Shown here: positions 48,244-60,751 of the stretch, one piece after another
Layout of the letters: every line of letters starts with the position of its first letter
Numbering within the stretch: position 1 is the first letter of the stretch
Origin: Gordius albopunctatus
Taxonomy: Eukaryota
Length of the DNA stretch: 64,000 nucleotides
Reading direction: 5' to 3'
NCBI GenBank assembly: GCA_964276515.1
Contig: OZ193910.1
Location: forward strand, 682,001 to 746,000
Made by a program: the position numbers and the translations under genes
The notes under the pieces: generated by a model
The model's database searches: none
What the model was told of the DNA's origin: nothing
Seen by the model: the letters and a program-made list of their open reading frames with translations, nothing else

Positions 48244-51200
48244 ACGGAGTCAGAAATACCTTGTAGTGGTGGTTGAGCTTTTGTACTCTCTTGATCCAAG
48301 AAGCTATACCTTTGGTAGAAAAACACAATTTTTGTGTTTGTTACTGGTGGGGCCCATTATTGGCAAGGTTCTTGGTAAAGGGTCAGAGTTAAATTTCTGG
48401 GCTTTTTGAGGGAGTACTAGTGAAATGGAAGTGCTAGATTAAGCCTATCAATAAAAGTGGTCAAAATAAAAGTTTAATTCACCAAAATGACGCCATCATA
48501 AAGAATAGTAGGTAGTAAAGCGCCAAAATCTAACATAGTTCCGTCAGGCTTGGAAGGCCGGGATATCAATACTTCCTCACTCTATATAAACCGAAATGTA
48601 TACTATGAAAGTTCGTAATAATGAAAGTAATGAAAGCGCTAGGGCATCGTCCTTAAACGACGCGCATGGTAGGCACCCGTATCATGTGAAAAGTCAACGA
48701 GGGTAACTACATCTTCCGCAAACGGATGTAGTTAAAGAAACTAGTTTACTAAGGACGAGATTGAGAGTGGGCTCGCTAAATTTTGGAACGATGACTGCAA
48801 AATGTCGAGAAGTTGCTGACACCCTCAGGAAGCGACGGGTCGATATAGCGTGTATACAGGAAACAAAATGGAAAAGCGCAAAAGCAAGGATGATAGTTGA
48901 AGGCTATAAACTTTACTTCAATGGCCTAGAAACGAATAAAAATGGCGTGGCAATCATATTAGCTTCCCATCTGCAAGATAAAGTCATTGAGGTAAATAGA
49001 AAAAGTGGGCGACTCATGATGTTGAAACTATGCATAGAAGGTCAAATTATTAATGTAGTTTCCGGATATGCTCCGCAAACAGGATGCACAGATGAAGAAA
49101 AGGAGGAATTTCGGGAAGGATTAGACGAAATGCTGCGAATGATACCCAGAGCTGTTATAGTTATAATTGGAGCCGATATGAATGGTCACGTAGGCAAAAC
49201 AAGAGAAGGATTTGAACGGTATCATGGTGGAAATGGATACGGAGCGAGAAACGATAAAATATTGAAAATAGCCGTAGCATTTGATTTGGCCATCACAAAT
49301 ACCTTCTTAAAAAAGAATGTAAATCACCTAATTACGCACAAAAGTTGAAATTGATCTTCGCAGATGACTTCCTCCTAATATCAAGAAAGGAATTAAAGAA
49401 TGTACGAGATTGTAAGGTGATACCAGGTGAAGCTACTGCAGCCCAGTATAGACTTGTTGTGATGGACTATACCATCTCCAAGGCTAAAACACAAAAGCCG
49501 AAGAGATTAAATGGGAAAATCAAATGGTTACGACTACCAAAATTGAAAGATATTTACAATGACCAAATAGTTGAAAGCCTGCAAATAGATGATCAGCAGA
49601 ATGCTAACGATATGTGGAATAACATAGCTAACACGGTACAATCAGTAGCGAGATGTGTTCTAGAAGGTAAACCAGGTATACAAAAAGATAAGGAGACATG
49701 GTGGTGGAACGAAGACGTGCAACGCCTGGTCAAGTTGAAAAGAAAGCTTTACAAATTATGGTCAGGCAACAGAAATGAAGAAACACGCTTGGCATATGCG
49801 AAAGCTAAAAACGAGGCAAAACGTTGTGTAGCCAAGGCTAAAAAGGGTTCTACGAAAATTTGAATGCCAAGTTAACCAGTAAAGAAGGGGAAAGAATGAT
49901 CTACAAAATCGCAAAGACCAGAGCAAGGAACTCAAAGGATGTGGTAAACGTGAAATTTATAAAGATCAAGGAAAGCATCAGTCTAATTCTGGACCATCAA
50001 ATCATAGATCGTTGGGAAGAATACTATAAAGAATTATTAAACAATGAAAATGTGTTTTCGGACCACTGCGAAAGCAAGACCTATGAATATTACCCACAGT
50101 TAGAAGTGACAGAGGAAGGGGTTGACCAGGTGTTTAAAAAGATGACCATGGGTAAAGCGGTAGAACCTGATAATATACCTATGGAAGCTTTTAAAATGCT
50201 AGAACCCTTAGGTGTACATCTACTTGCAAAGCTGTTTAACAAAATAATTGAAAGTGGTATGATGCCTGATCTATAAATTGAAGGGAGATGTACAAGAATG
50301 CAACAACTATCGAGGGATAGAGTTAACGAGTCACGAAATGAAGGTTTGGGAAAATTTTATAGAATCTAGACTCCGAAAAATAATATCAATAGATGAACGA
50401 AAATTTGGGTTCGTGCTTGGAAAGTCGACTTCAGATGCAATACATGGTCTTAAAAGACTTATTGAATTATATAAGGAAAAACAAAGGGATCTTCATATGT
50501 ATGTGTTTCATCGATCTTGAAAGCTTTCGATAAAGTGCCAAGGCAGTTGATATGGGATATAGCCCAAGTTCCAATGGTGTACTCGACGCTTATATAATGT
50601 TAATAAAGGATATGTATAGAAACGCAAAAACCAAAGTTCGGACATTTAGTGGTACATCAAAGGGATTCAGTCTAAATGTCGGTGTGCATCAAGGATCGGC
50701 CATAAGTCCATTGTTCTCCATAACAATAATGGATTCGATAACGAAGAACCTGAAACGCGAATCACCATGGGCAATGCTCTTTGCGGATGATATTGTCCTG
50801 TGCGCAGGCTCAAACGTGGAATTAGCAGAGCTGGTAAAAGTGCGGATAGAACGAATTGAAAGCAAAGGCCTTAGGGTCAACCGAGACAAAACGGAATATG
50901 TATGCTTGGAGTCGGGGAATGAATACAAAGAAGCCCACCTGCAAATCGATGACTGGCGTTTAAGCAGCAGGAAAGAATTCAAATATCTTGGTTCTAGGGT
51001 ACAATGTGATGGAGGTGTGGAAAACGAAATTAAGGCAAGAATAAACGCAGGCTGGCTAAAATTCAGGGAATTGAGTGGTCTCCTATGTGACAAGCACATA
51101 CCACTCAAATTGAAAGGACGGTTATATAACACCGTTATTGTACCCACGGTATTGTATGGAGCGGAAACCTGGGCAATTAAGGCAAAAGAGGAGCAAAGCT

Positions 51201-51563
51201 TGGCTACAATGGAGATACGAATGTTGAGATGGATCTTGGGAATAAGCAAAAAGGACCATATAAGGAATCAAGACATAAGGGATAAACTAAATGTACTTCC
51301 AATTTAGAGAAAGTTGGTGGTAAGATTGAGATGGTATGGCCATTTGGAGAGACGGGAGGAAAGTCAGTTGGCAATCGTATCAAGAAAGTGCAAGTCGAAG
51401 GTAAGCGAAAGAGAGGGAGACCTAAACTAACATGGAAGCATAAAATAGATATGACTTGAGAAGGTACGAGCTAAAGCGAAGCTGCTGTAAGTGCAGGAAA
51501 ACATGGAGAACCTACTTGAAAGAGCTGACCACTAAATGTGTCAAACAGCTATAGGAAATTTTT
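48244..51563 (+). mobile_element. Full-length but frameshifted RTE-clade LINE
   Basis: 21-bp TSD (19/21 identical) tttaagtattttcaattctca 48223-48243 / tttaagtattttcacttcaca 51564-51584; APE motifs RVGSLNFGTM and DIACIQETKWK; RT motif LFADDI; about 500-nt 5' UTR. Confidence 0.93.
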
Positions 51564-51861
51564 TTTAAGTATTTTCACTTCACATTTACAAGTTTTTTCT
51601 ACAAAGGTAAATGATTTGTAAGGATTAATGTGAACTATATTTTGATTTTGAAGGATATTGGATGAATAAAGTTTAATATGGTTTAGTTTAGGTAATAAAT
51701 TTACAAGGTCTGATTTCATGTGATATACAATCTTTAATTATACACCTACTTATATTTCTCGGTTATACCTAATAATTTGCAATCAAAACAATTTTACTTA
51801 GATTATTAATACATTAAAAAGAGAGTAAACAACATTTATTCGCGTATTGAACAATAGAGAT

Positions 51862-54800
51862 TCAAATTCGCTTTTCAACAATATAAACGCTCCCTGACGT
51901 GATTTGAAAGTTTTTGTCGATATCTGCTGATAAACACAAATAAAAAAATAAAACATTAAACAAAAAATCTAATTACTAGTTAGCGAAGTAAGTATTGGCT
52001 CTTCCTTATTAATTTTTTTCCGTTTTAAAGATTTGTTTGTCACTAACTTTTGTGTTTCTATATCACAAGAATTTTTCGTATTCACAATCTCGTTTTGATG
52101 GGCCCTATCGAAATATCGACGAGTCGCCTTAGATTCAATAATATTTTCTAATTCTTTTTCAGGGGATTCTGATACTGACAATTTTTTCGAAGGTTTTGAC
52201 ACTTTTTCCTCGAAGCTGAGAGCAGTTTGGGGTGGCTTTGGAGGCATAGTTAGGTTCCGCGATGCTAATTTATTAATCCACGAGGGGGGAAGAGACGGGG
52301 CATCATTTTGACATTGATCATCGCTTATATGATCTGAATGGAGGCGCGTCTCTAGCATCGTATTAAGTTCTGCATCGTCGTAAAATACGATTTGTGAATT
52401 TTGGGCGCCATTTGCTTTTTTCTTTTTGCTGGGAGTAGCATTCATCGTTTCATTGGGAGCATTAGTCTTGGGTGAATCCAAAGGTTTAGCTTCTGGCTAA
52501 AGATCATACATGTAACGATATAAAACAATTTTTAAAGTTAAAATATACTTTGGTAATTAATTTCTATTTTAAGAAATTATAAGATAATGAAAAAAACTTA
52601 CGAATAATACATTGTAAAATTTAGCATATTAATAAATCCTATGTAATCATTCAAAATTTCATGAGCCCTTGAAAAGTAAAGAATTCGACTAATTTTACTG
52701 TTGAAGTTTTATTATAAACAGCTTAATTCTTTATGTTTGTATGTGTGTAAAAGTAGCCAAAATCGATTGTATTACATCTTTATTGAGAGGTTTGGGGCAT
52801 TCGGGCAAGTTTAAACTAGATAGTGTAGTATCAGGAAGGGCAGGCACCACATCCTCCTTAGATGTAACTAAAATATAAAAATAGCTTTTAAAATCAATTT
52901 ATATGAGCATATCATATATTTGAGTAGCACCCATAAACACTTCATCGTCATAAAATAACTCAAGATATGTAAAGCTATCTATGAGCAACCTGTACTAATG
53001 TTGTGTTTGATAGACCTTGGGTTTTAGGCGACTAAACATAAAGAGAGCAAAGGTTTCACCAAAAATCTTTGGGCTGTCAATATTAAGTCGAGCAAAGAGC
53101 ACCCGGCCATTTATACAACACTAGGCCTGACTTTTCACAATCTAAAACTAAATTCCAGCAGCTCTTTGGCACGCTAAGGTGGTCGTCACCTTCTTTACAT
53201 AATTTGAATGAGGGGGCTGACGCGCGGGTATCCAGGTCTGACAGCAGTGTGGACCATGTGAAATTTTTTTAATTTTTGAATAAAGTGCGAGAGGCGGGAT
53301 TGAACCTGCTAGGTCAAACCTACTAAAAAATTATAAAAGTTAGTATTCACCGAGAGGGGTATTGGTGTTGGGTGGAACTGTGTAGTAAGGCAGTTTGCCC
53401 CTCTGCCAATCGTAAAGTATAATTTTAGCCACGGCCGTGACGTCGGGTTCACCCCCTTTAAGGAGTCGACCCTGGCGTCGGGCTAAAATTTCCAGAAATT
53501 CGTGGGCATCCATCCCTTCCAAACGTTGAGGGTCGATGTTGAGGTCGTAATTTTGCGAGAGGTAACTCCGCTTCGATATTTTGCTCATCACCGCTCCTAT
53601 GTGCTGTTCGGGTTCTTTGACATTTTCAACCCTCACCTATGATAAACAAGATGATTATAACTGATGATTGCATGTACATCGGCGTAGCGAGGCTTCCCCC
53701 TCTAAAGGCAAAAATCTTTTAAATTTTAATATGTATAATTATTGGAAAATTTTTAAAAATCATCAATTTGCCCCTCTCTAAACCATTATTGCCCTTTTCT
53801 AACTCCAATCCCGGCTACACCTGTATATCTTATATATAATTTTGATTTTTTCCCAATATCATAAGTTGTTTTTATTATAAATTCATAGTTTTTAACACCA
53901 TAATTTATTGAATAAAAGATAAAAAAGGTACCTCAAAAATTACATATTTCTTTTCACATACTTAAATCTAAGTTCTTTATTAAGATATTGGACTATAGGG
54001 TATTAAAGTTTAAAGCTGTATTAAAATTTTAAATAATTTGGGAGGTTTAAAACAGCATCAAACTTAAGCAATTAGGTTTGCACATTGCAAAAATAAAAAA
54101 TTTCAAAAGTTAAATCAAGGAGAAAAAGGTAAAATCTCAATATACACTCTAGTGATGGGAAAACGCTTAGCACTAGCGCGCTTAGCACCTCCCCGCTGAT
54201 GGGAATAGCCTATTAAATACGCTATGTCTACTAGCACATAGTCACTTTAAGTGCTCTAAGCTATAGGAGATGGGAGGTTTGAGGCGCTAAAGCTATAGCC
54301 GATAGCACTTAAATGCGCTTGAGCTATAGCACGGCGCTAACATTGAGAATAATTTCAATGAAAACAATAGAGTATAATATGAACTTGTGCGTACACTCAC
54401 TCATGTTATTGTATTTTAATATCTAATAAACAATTAAAAAAATTATTCTCAATGTTAGCTAGCGCCGTGCTATAGGAGTAGCGCATTTAAGTGCTATCGG
54501 CTATAGCTTTAGTGCCTCAAACCTCCCATCTCCTATAGCTTATAGCACTTAAGGTGACTATGTGTCAGTAGAGATAGCCGCATATGGGTGCTATTTACTA
54601 TAGCTTTAGCTCCTTAAAAACGCTATTTCCCCATCACTAATATACTCTAATGTCAGCTTGCAACATTAGTCTGTGCCTTAGTTAAATAAGATTAGTAAAG
54701 TAAAAGTGCAAATTTATCAAAGCATAAAACTCACAACTCCTTTGAGAATAATATCTGTTTCGGAATCGTCATTGGGATACACGACTCCTGGACAGTCTAT

Positions 54801-56477
54801 GAGGTATATACGTTTCATGAGGGTTATGTATTGCCATACCTATTATAAACAAATTACATATTCTTATAAAATTAACTTTAAGTTAGACAAATAGATTTTT
54901 TTTATTTAGAGCCATAAATATAGCAACATATAATGCCAATACTTTATGAATGCATCCATCTAATAAATTGTAGCTAAACAAGGTTTTTTGACAATGCTGA
55001 CCTTAGTTTTTCCAGGCATGGGAGCTGTTTCACATACTTTCTTGGCACGCAAGCTATTGATCACAGAACTTTTTCCTACGTTTGGATAGCCAAAAAAGCC
55101 AACGCTTATTTGTCTTTTTTCAGGGTGCAACTAAAAAACACATTCATAATCCAATTGAAAATTAAATGTTGTTTTGTTCAAATAAATTATTAAATGCAAT
55201 AACTAATTATTAAAAAATAGACTTTAAATTTATTTTTTAACTGTATATAGCTATTTATTTTTTAATAGAAACTACAATAGTGTATAATAATATATTTATT
55301 AATAAATAATTCACCTTGGCAAATTGCCTGAGGATATTGATGAGTGAACCTTTACCAAAAGATTCAGTAATGCTAGCTTTATATGCGAGTGTAGGATATT
55401 CAGATGACAAGCATGCAACCCATCTCTTACAAATCCACTTTGGAATAAGATCGCATTTGTTCAGCACAAATATCATATGTTTATACGATTTGTGTGTGCG
55501 CAAAAATGTTTCAATATGTTTTGATCTTGTTCCTTGAGGATCTCTAGCATCTAATACTTGAATTAGTACATCAGCTGAATCTATGACCTAAAAAGTTTAA
55601 TTTTAATTTTTGTTTACTTAATTAGGAGTTTTACTTTATACAATTCACCCCATAAACGTTTAGATTGACCTTTGCTAAATATATGATCAGATGGCAATTT
55701 GCAAGTGCTAAAATCAGGCAATTCATTTTCGAGCATATCTAATTCTTTATTTCCACTCTCACCTTGTGCATCTTTGTCACTAACATGATTTGCCAATTCC
55801 TAAATTGTTATGTCAGTTAAATTTAGCATGAGTTATAAAATTTAATTTGGTTACATTGTAATCCATGATATTAAGATTAGGTCTTTTCCTGGTAGCTTTG
55901 CGACCAAAAACATCTTGGAATTTTGTTATTTGCAAAACATGAGGCTTATCATACTAAAAATATTTGTAAAAATTAATATAAGATCAATTACCTTTTTAGT
56001 TTCATTTAATAAAGTTGTTGGCAATTTAGAGGGTGTCATAACAATTTGATAAGGATCCTTCAGAGCTTTTCCCATGTCTTCTTTAAACTTTTGAAGAGTG
56101 TCTTGATTTATTGTTCTAGTATTTCCTAAAATTCATATTTATCATATATAGAAGCTTAAAAACTGTTTTTATTAGAATATAAAATTTAATAAGAACTTAA
56201 AGTAATAACAAATTAAAGTAGATGAATATTTAAGTATTAGCGATGTATGTATCTATTCAGATCATTTATATAGCGTATTTACCAAACCATTTTCTATTTG
56301 GTGCTATTTGGGCTTGTGTTCCAGGAGCAAGTTTTGTTTGAAAAGGTGCAGCCTTGACAATTTTTCCCTTTGCATTTCTAGGTGGAAATTAAATAAACCT
56401 ATATAACTTAATTACCTCTTAGGTTTAAAATTATTTGTCATTTTAAGACGTTTAATAGTTGCTTTGTCTCTAACCAT
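51862..56477 (-). CDS. GNL2: Nucleolar GTP-binding protein 2; copy 2 (likely the true locus)
   Basis: Same exon set as 28398-33013 shifted by 23464. Confidence 0.93.
54150..54639. mobile_element. Foldback MITE (duplicate of 30686-31175)
   Basis: Same TIRs and TSD at offset 23464. Confidence 0.85.
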
Positions 56478-56538
56478 TTTAAAGCAGCGTGTGATCCCAA
56501 AGAAATATATTGTTATATGGTACCGAGCGTCAAAAAAC

Positions 56539-59500
56539 GGTTCCCTATCAACTCGCCGAAAACCATCTTGCCGAATTTTTTTTTTTTTTTTTTTGTTAAA
56601 AAGTTTATTTTCAAGAAACAAAGTTACATTAATAAGCGAAATACAAAAATAAAGACATATTGGTTAAATACAAAGATTTATATCATTCTCTTCTAAAATG
56701 GGCCATGAGTCGGCAAATGATTTAAAGTTGTATCGTGCAACAAGAATCCCTAGTTGTTGCCTGAGTAAAAAGGACGCAGAAATTTTAGATTTCGGGGTGC
56801 GTTTTCCGATTTCTTTAAAAAACCCCATTGCCTGTTTTCCAAAGGAACCAGAGCACGTGGCAACGACAGGGATAAAAATATTGGATGCCAAAAGGGCGGA
56901 ATACTTTGTAGTTTTACGCCCTTCTTCTGTAGCGATAGGGTCGTAATTAAAATGGGAAGGTGCAAAAAGGTCAATACAAGTAAAATCCCATTTGAGGGAT
57001 AGGCCATTTTGCCAGGGGACTAGAGAAGAGCCGTCAGGGCGCATCCTACCTTCAAGAGAGGGATCTGACGGCTCAAGGATTGAGGGGATTTTGGCCTTTT
57101 TAAGGGCAGCTTGAATTAATAAATTAGCTTTAGTGTGCCTAACGTATTTATATTTGTTTGCTAGGCAGTGTAGAGGGTGCCTAGCATATTCGTCTACAAC
57201 GGTAAGGCAGTTTTGACAGTTGAATTCTCTGCTGTAACTAATCCCCAACCTTAAAGCTATGGAATATGATAGCTCAAAGTCTTCAAGCAGCATTCCCAAA
57301 AGTTTGCTGGGATAGGCTTTAAGCCACTCGTGACCGGAACCGTCAAAAGCGAGGGACCTAAGGTTGTAATGCTGGCTATCATCGCTGCTCGATAAGAGGT
57401 AATCAACGGAGCGCGATACTAGTCCAGAATCCCAATCCTTTTGTCTCGTACTTTGAGGTTGGATGGTCCCGGGTGTGACATTCAAATTCCAAAGCTCCAA
57501 GGCTTGAGTTAGCAGGGTGTCGGAATCATGTTTTATGAGATTAAAAATTAAGTTTTGGACCGACTTAAAAGAGGAAATAAAAGCGGCTAGCGATATGCTG
57601 CCGGGAGGGCGAATTCCTAATCCTCCAGATTTGGTTGGGAGGGATGCTTGAATCCAATTGTTAGTATTAAATTTTAAATTTAAAATTTTTTCTAATAACG
57701 TTTTTAAAAAGCCTTCGTACGACTTTAAAACGTCTAGGTGTAAAAATGCGCCAGATGAGCGAAAACAATGATTAATCTTTGAGATGTTAAAATAGTTTTT
57801 GATTATGTAAAATGAGTGATGCGCTGGCAAGCATTTTAAAAGTTCCGTTTTAGATTTTAATATTTCAAGGTTCTTATGAAGAAAATTTAGGAGAGATTTT
57901 TCACCGCCAATGGGTGATCCCAAAAGGGATATGTTTTCCTTCTCTAAAACTAAAAAAGGTTTAAAAATTGGAAAGTCAATAGTGTTGGGGGCCTGAAAGA
58001 TTTCACATTTTTTCGAGTTTAATGTAAGATTCAGAGTGGGTTTAAAATTGTTGATAATTTGTATAGCTTTACTGATCTCCTCCGGGCGGCCACATAGGGT
58101 GGCGTCGTCGAGATACCAAACATTTAAATCCAGAATACACTGAGATGATATAGCCTCGACTAAATTATGAATGGCTAAACAAAACAAAGGAGGACCTAAT
58201 GGGTCTCCTTGTTGGATGCCTTCGGACGAGTCAACGACGTATTCGCCGAATCGAAGCTTGGTTGTAGAACCATAGCTTAATAAAATGTAATTTACGAATT
58301 GTGGGAATTCAGCTAAAAAAGTGTTAATAAGGGTTTCTCTTCGAATGCAGTTAAAAGCATTGGCAAAATCTAATTTAACAAAACAGGACTCGGTGGGAAT
58401 ATTTTGGAGTGTTATCCGGCCAGCATGGCTGGCTGCCTCACATCCGCCTTTAATTCCGAAGCCGAGTTGATGAGGGCGGAGCTTGGCGGATAAGGAGGGT
58501 TTTATGAGTTTGCAGAGGGTTTTTGATATAATACGGCGAAAAAGACTTCCAATGGCGATGGGTCTAACTGAATTATCCGGTTTTTTGATGGCGATAAGTT
58601 TTGCACCGAATAAAATAGGGATGATTTCATGAGGAAATTTTCCGTTAACAATGATATTACAAAAGGAAGTAATAGAATTTAAAAGAGGTTCAGTATTTAA
58701 ATTATTCAGGTTGAGTAAATCTTGTAGATATACTGGGCGCCATCCGTCGAGTCCGGCTGCGGAGTCCAAAGGAAAGGAGTTAAGGGCTTCACGGATGTCT
58801 GAAGACTCGAGCACTATTGATGATGGAGATGTGGGGTATCTACTGGCTGATGATGCTGCTGGGTGTTTTTGATTAAGCTCCCTATAAGAGTCAGGGCAAC
58901 AAGGGGCAATTGAGTTGTTATCATAAAAAGCTCTAAGGGCACTTTTTGGATTGAAATTATGGATTTTATTTGAAATGTGCTTGGCTGTTTGGTTAATTGT
59001 GGGTTCCAGTGGAAAGGGTTTTGTTTTACTTGTGCATGTAATGGGAACATCAGTATTAAAACACAGAAGGGATTCCTTGATGAGGCTTGATAAATTATGT
59101 TCATTAGGTTCCCTAACATAAAGGATATAATATGGGAATTTAAAAAGTTTGTCCCAATTGGTTAAGTTATAAGGGTTTTTGATAATGGAAGTGAATATAT
59201 TTAGCAGAGATTGTTGGATGGAAGGTCTGGCTCCTCTTGGGATTCTGGAGATAGTATTAGGAAATGTGTTTGTTAAAAAAGAGTTGCTCCAAGATGAGTC
59301 AGGCGGTTGATTAATTGATGGGGAGCATTGTAAGGATGGGGGGATGACGGGGCTAGGAATTGGCGATAGGGGAGCCTCTTCAAAGTTAGAAGCCAGGGGT
59401 GGAATTGGTAAGCAGGGTGGAGGTAATTTGCCCGAAGAAGGGCATCTTGAAGACACTGGACCATGAATCCAGAAACAATTATGTTTATCAAGGCATATTC

Positions 59501-60751
59501 GTCGCTTACAAGTTGGGCATAGGGGTTTAGAGATTAACATATGTGGAATAAAAAAAAAACCTTGATGAGATTGGACAATTAAAATTAAAGTTGGGATTAT
59601 TTTAAAGCTGTTTGATTTATAAGAATTTTGTAAGTTTAATAATACAAAAGAGTATCTGGGAAAAGTGTTATTAATTGTATGATATTGGAGAAAAAAAAGG
59701 CTCAAAGGATTCAACAAAGGTCATATTAAAACTTGTAAGGTATACATTGCTTACATTTTGTGATATGGAAACATTATAAAGTGTTTGTAAACATGGAGTT
59801 TCTTTTGATAATAGTTAAGTTGATTAATGCTTCCACATGATTTATTATTGTTGTTTGGAAGTAAAATCAATACTGAGGATTTGATCAATCACTTTCTCTT
59901 TGTATTTTTTTGTTGGTTTAATATAATGATGAATGATTTTTTGTTTAAAATGAATGTTCATAATTGGTTTAGTGATGAATGTTTGAGGGCTTCAATTTGC
60001 TTGTCTGTTAAACAAATCAAAATGCTGTGATGATGAGATGTTAAAGAATGCCATTAAGATAATAAAATTCTAAGTGTAACACAATATCTCTTCTATCCAT
60101 TGAATTGGAATTATGCAGAATTTTTTAAGTATGCATCATTTGGTTTATGTTATAATAATCATAATAAGCATTACTTAAATAGCTGATTGCTTGTTTCATG
60201 TTTCACATTTTGGAATAATTGTATTTAATTGCTGCTCCTAACCCTTAAATAATTGGTAGGTTAGGTGAATAAGGTGTTAGCATATCTTCTCGTGACAATA
60301 TTATTTTTATCTTATCAAACACTGTTTGTTATTATATTAATAAACTAAGTAGAGCTGGAGATAGAAGAATGCCTAATTGTAAGCTTAGTGCAATCGACTA
60401 ACCTTTTATGGAAAATATTAAAAATAGCGACATTTATTTTAATAACGCTTATTTAGGTAACTTTAAGAAGATTTTTACCCTCATAATTAATGTTCTTCAT
60501 AGATATATTTCGTGGAAAGACCTTGGGACATTAACAAACATCTCTCCATTATCATAATAAAAGCCCTAAATTAAGTACCTTTTATAATAATTATCAATTT
60601 TATTATAAAAAATACTTAAATAAAAACTTTAATCCAAAATTTAATGGTTAATATGCTTAATTTTTGGGGGAAATTTTTTAATTGGGAGACATTTTTTAAC
60701 AATATGACATTCAATTCGGCAAGATGGTTTTCGGCAAGTTGACAGGCCAGC
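56539..60751. mobile_element. TIR-bounded element enclosing the CRE retrotransposon; copy 2
   Basis: TIRs at 56544-56577 and 60713-60746. Confidence 0.7.
56664..59540 (-). CDS. Intact CRE-clade RT-RLE ORF; copy 2
   Basis: Translation appears identical to copy 1; poly(A) at 56576-56594. Confidence 0.92.
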   Translation of the reverse strand: MLISKPLCPTCKRRICLDKHNCFWIHGPVSSRCPSSGKLPPPCLPIPPLASNFEEAPLSPIPSPVIPPSLQCSPSINQPPDSSWSNSFLTNTFPNTISRIPRGARPSIQQSLLNIFTSIIKNPYNLTNWDKLFKFPYYILYVREPNEHNLSSLIKESLLCFNTDVPITCTSKTKPFPLEPTINQTAKHISNKIHNFNPKSALRAFYDNNSIAPCCPDSYRELNQKHPAASSASRYPTSPSSIVLESSDIREALNSFPLDSAAGLDGWRPVYLQDLLNLNNLNTEPLLNSITSFCNIIVNGKFPHEIIPILFGAKLIAIKKPDNSVRPIAIGSLFRRIISKTLCKLIKPSLSAKLRPHQLGFGIKGGCEAASHAGRITLQNIPTESCFVKLDFANAFNCIRRETLINTFLAEFPQFVNYILLSYGSTTKLRFGEYVVDSSEGIQQGDPLGPPLFCLAIHNLVEAISSQCILDLNVWYLDDATLCGRPEEISKAIQIINNFKPTLNLTLNSKKCEIFQAPNTIDFPIFKPFLVLEKENISLLGSPIGGEKSLLNFLHKNLEILKSKTELLKCLPAHHSFYIIKNYFNISKINHCFRSSGAFLHLDVLKSYEGFLKTLLEKILNLKFNTNNWIQASLPTKSGGLGIRPPGSISLAAFISSFKSVQNLIFNLIKHDSDTLLTQALELWNLNVTPGTIQPQSTRQKDWDSGLVSRSVDYLLSSSDDSQHYNLRSLAFDGSGHEWLKAYPSKLLGMLLEDFELSYSIALRLGISYSREFNCQNCLTVVDEYARHPLHCLANKYKYVRHTKANLLIQAALKKAKIPSILEPSDPSLEGRMRPDGSSLVPWQNGLSLKWDFTCIDLFAPSHFNYDPIATEEGRKTTKYSALLASNIFIPVVATCSGSFGKQAMGFFKEIGKRTPKSKISASFLLRQQLGILVARYNFKSFADSWPILEENDINLCI

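Noticed and set aside
48555..48640. Possible HDV-like ribozyme in the RTE 5' UTR (ttcctcac resembles the L3 loop)
   Set aside because: Could not build P1, P2 and P3 pairings convincingly
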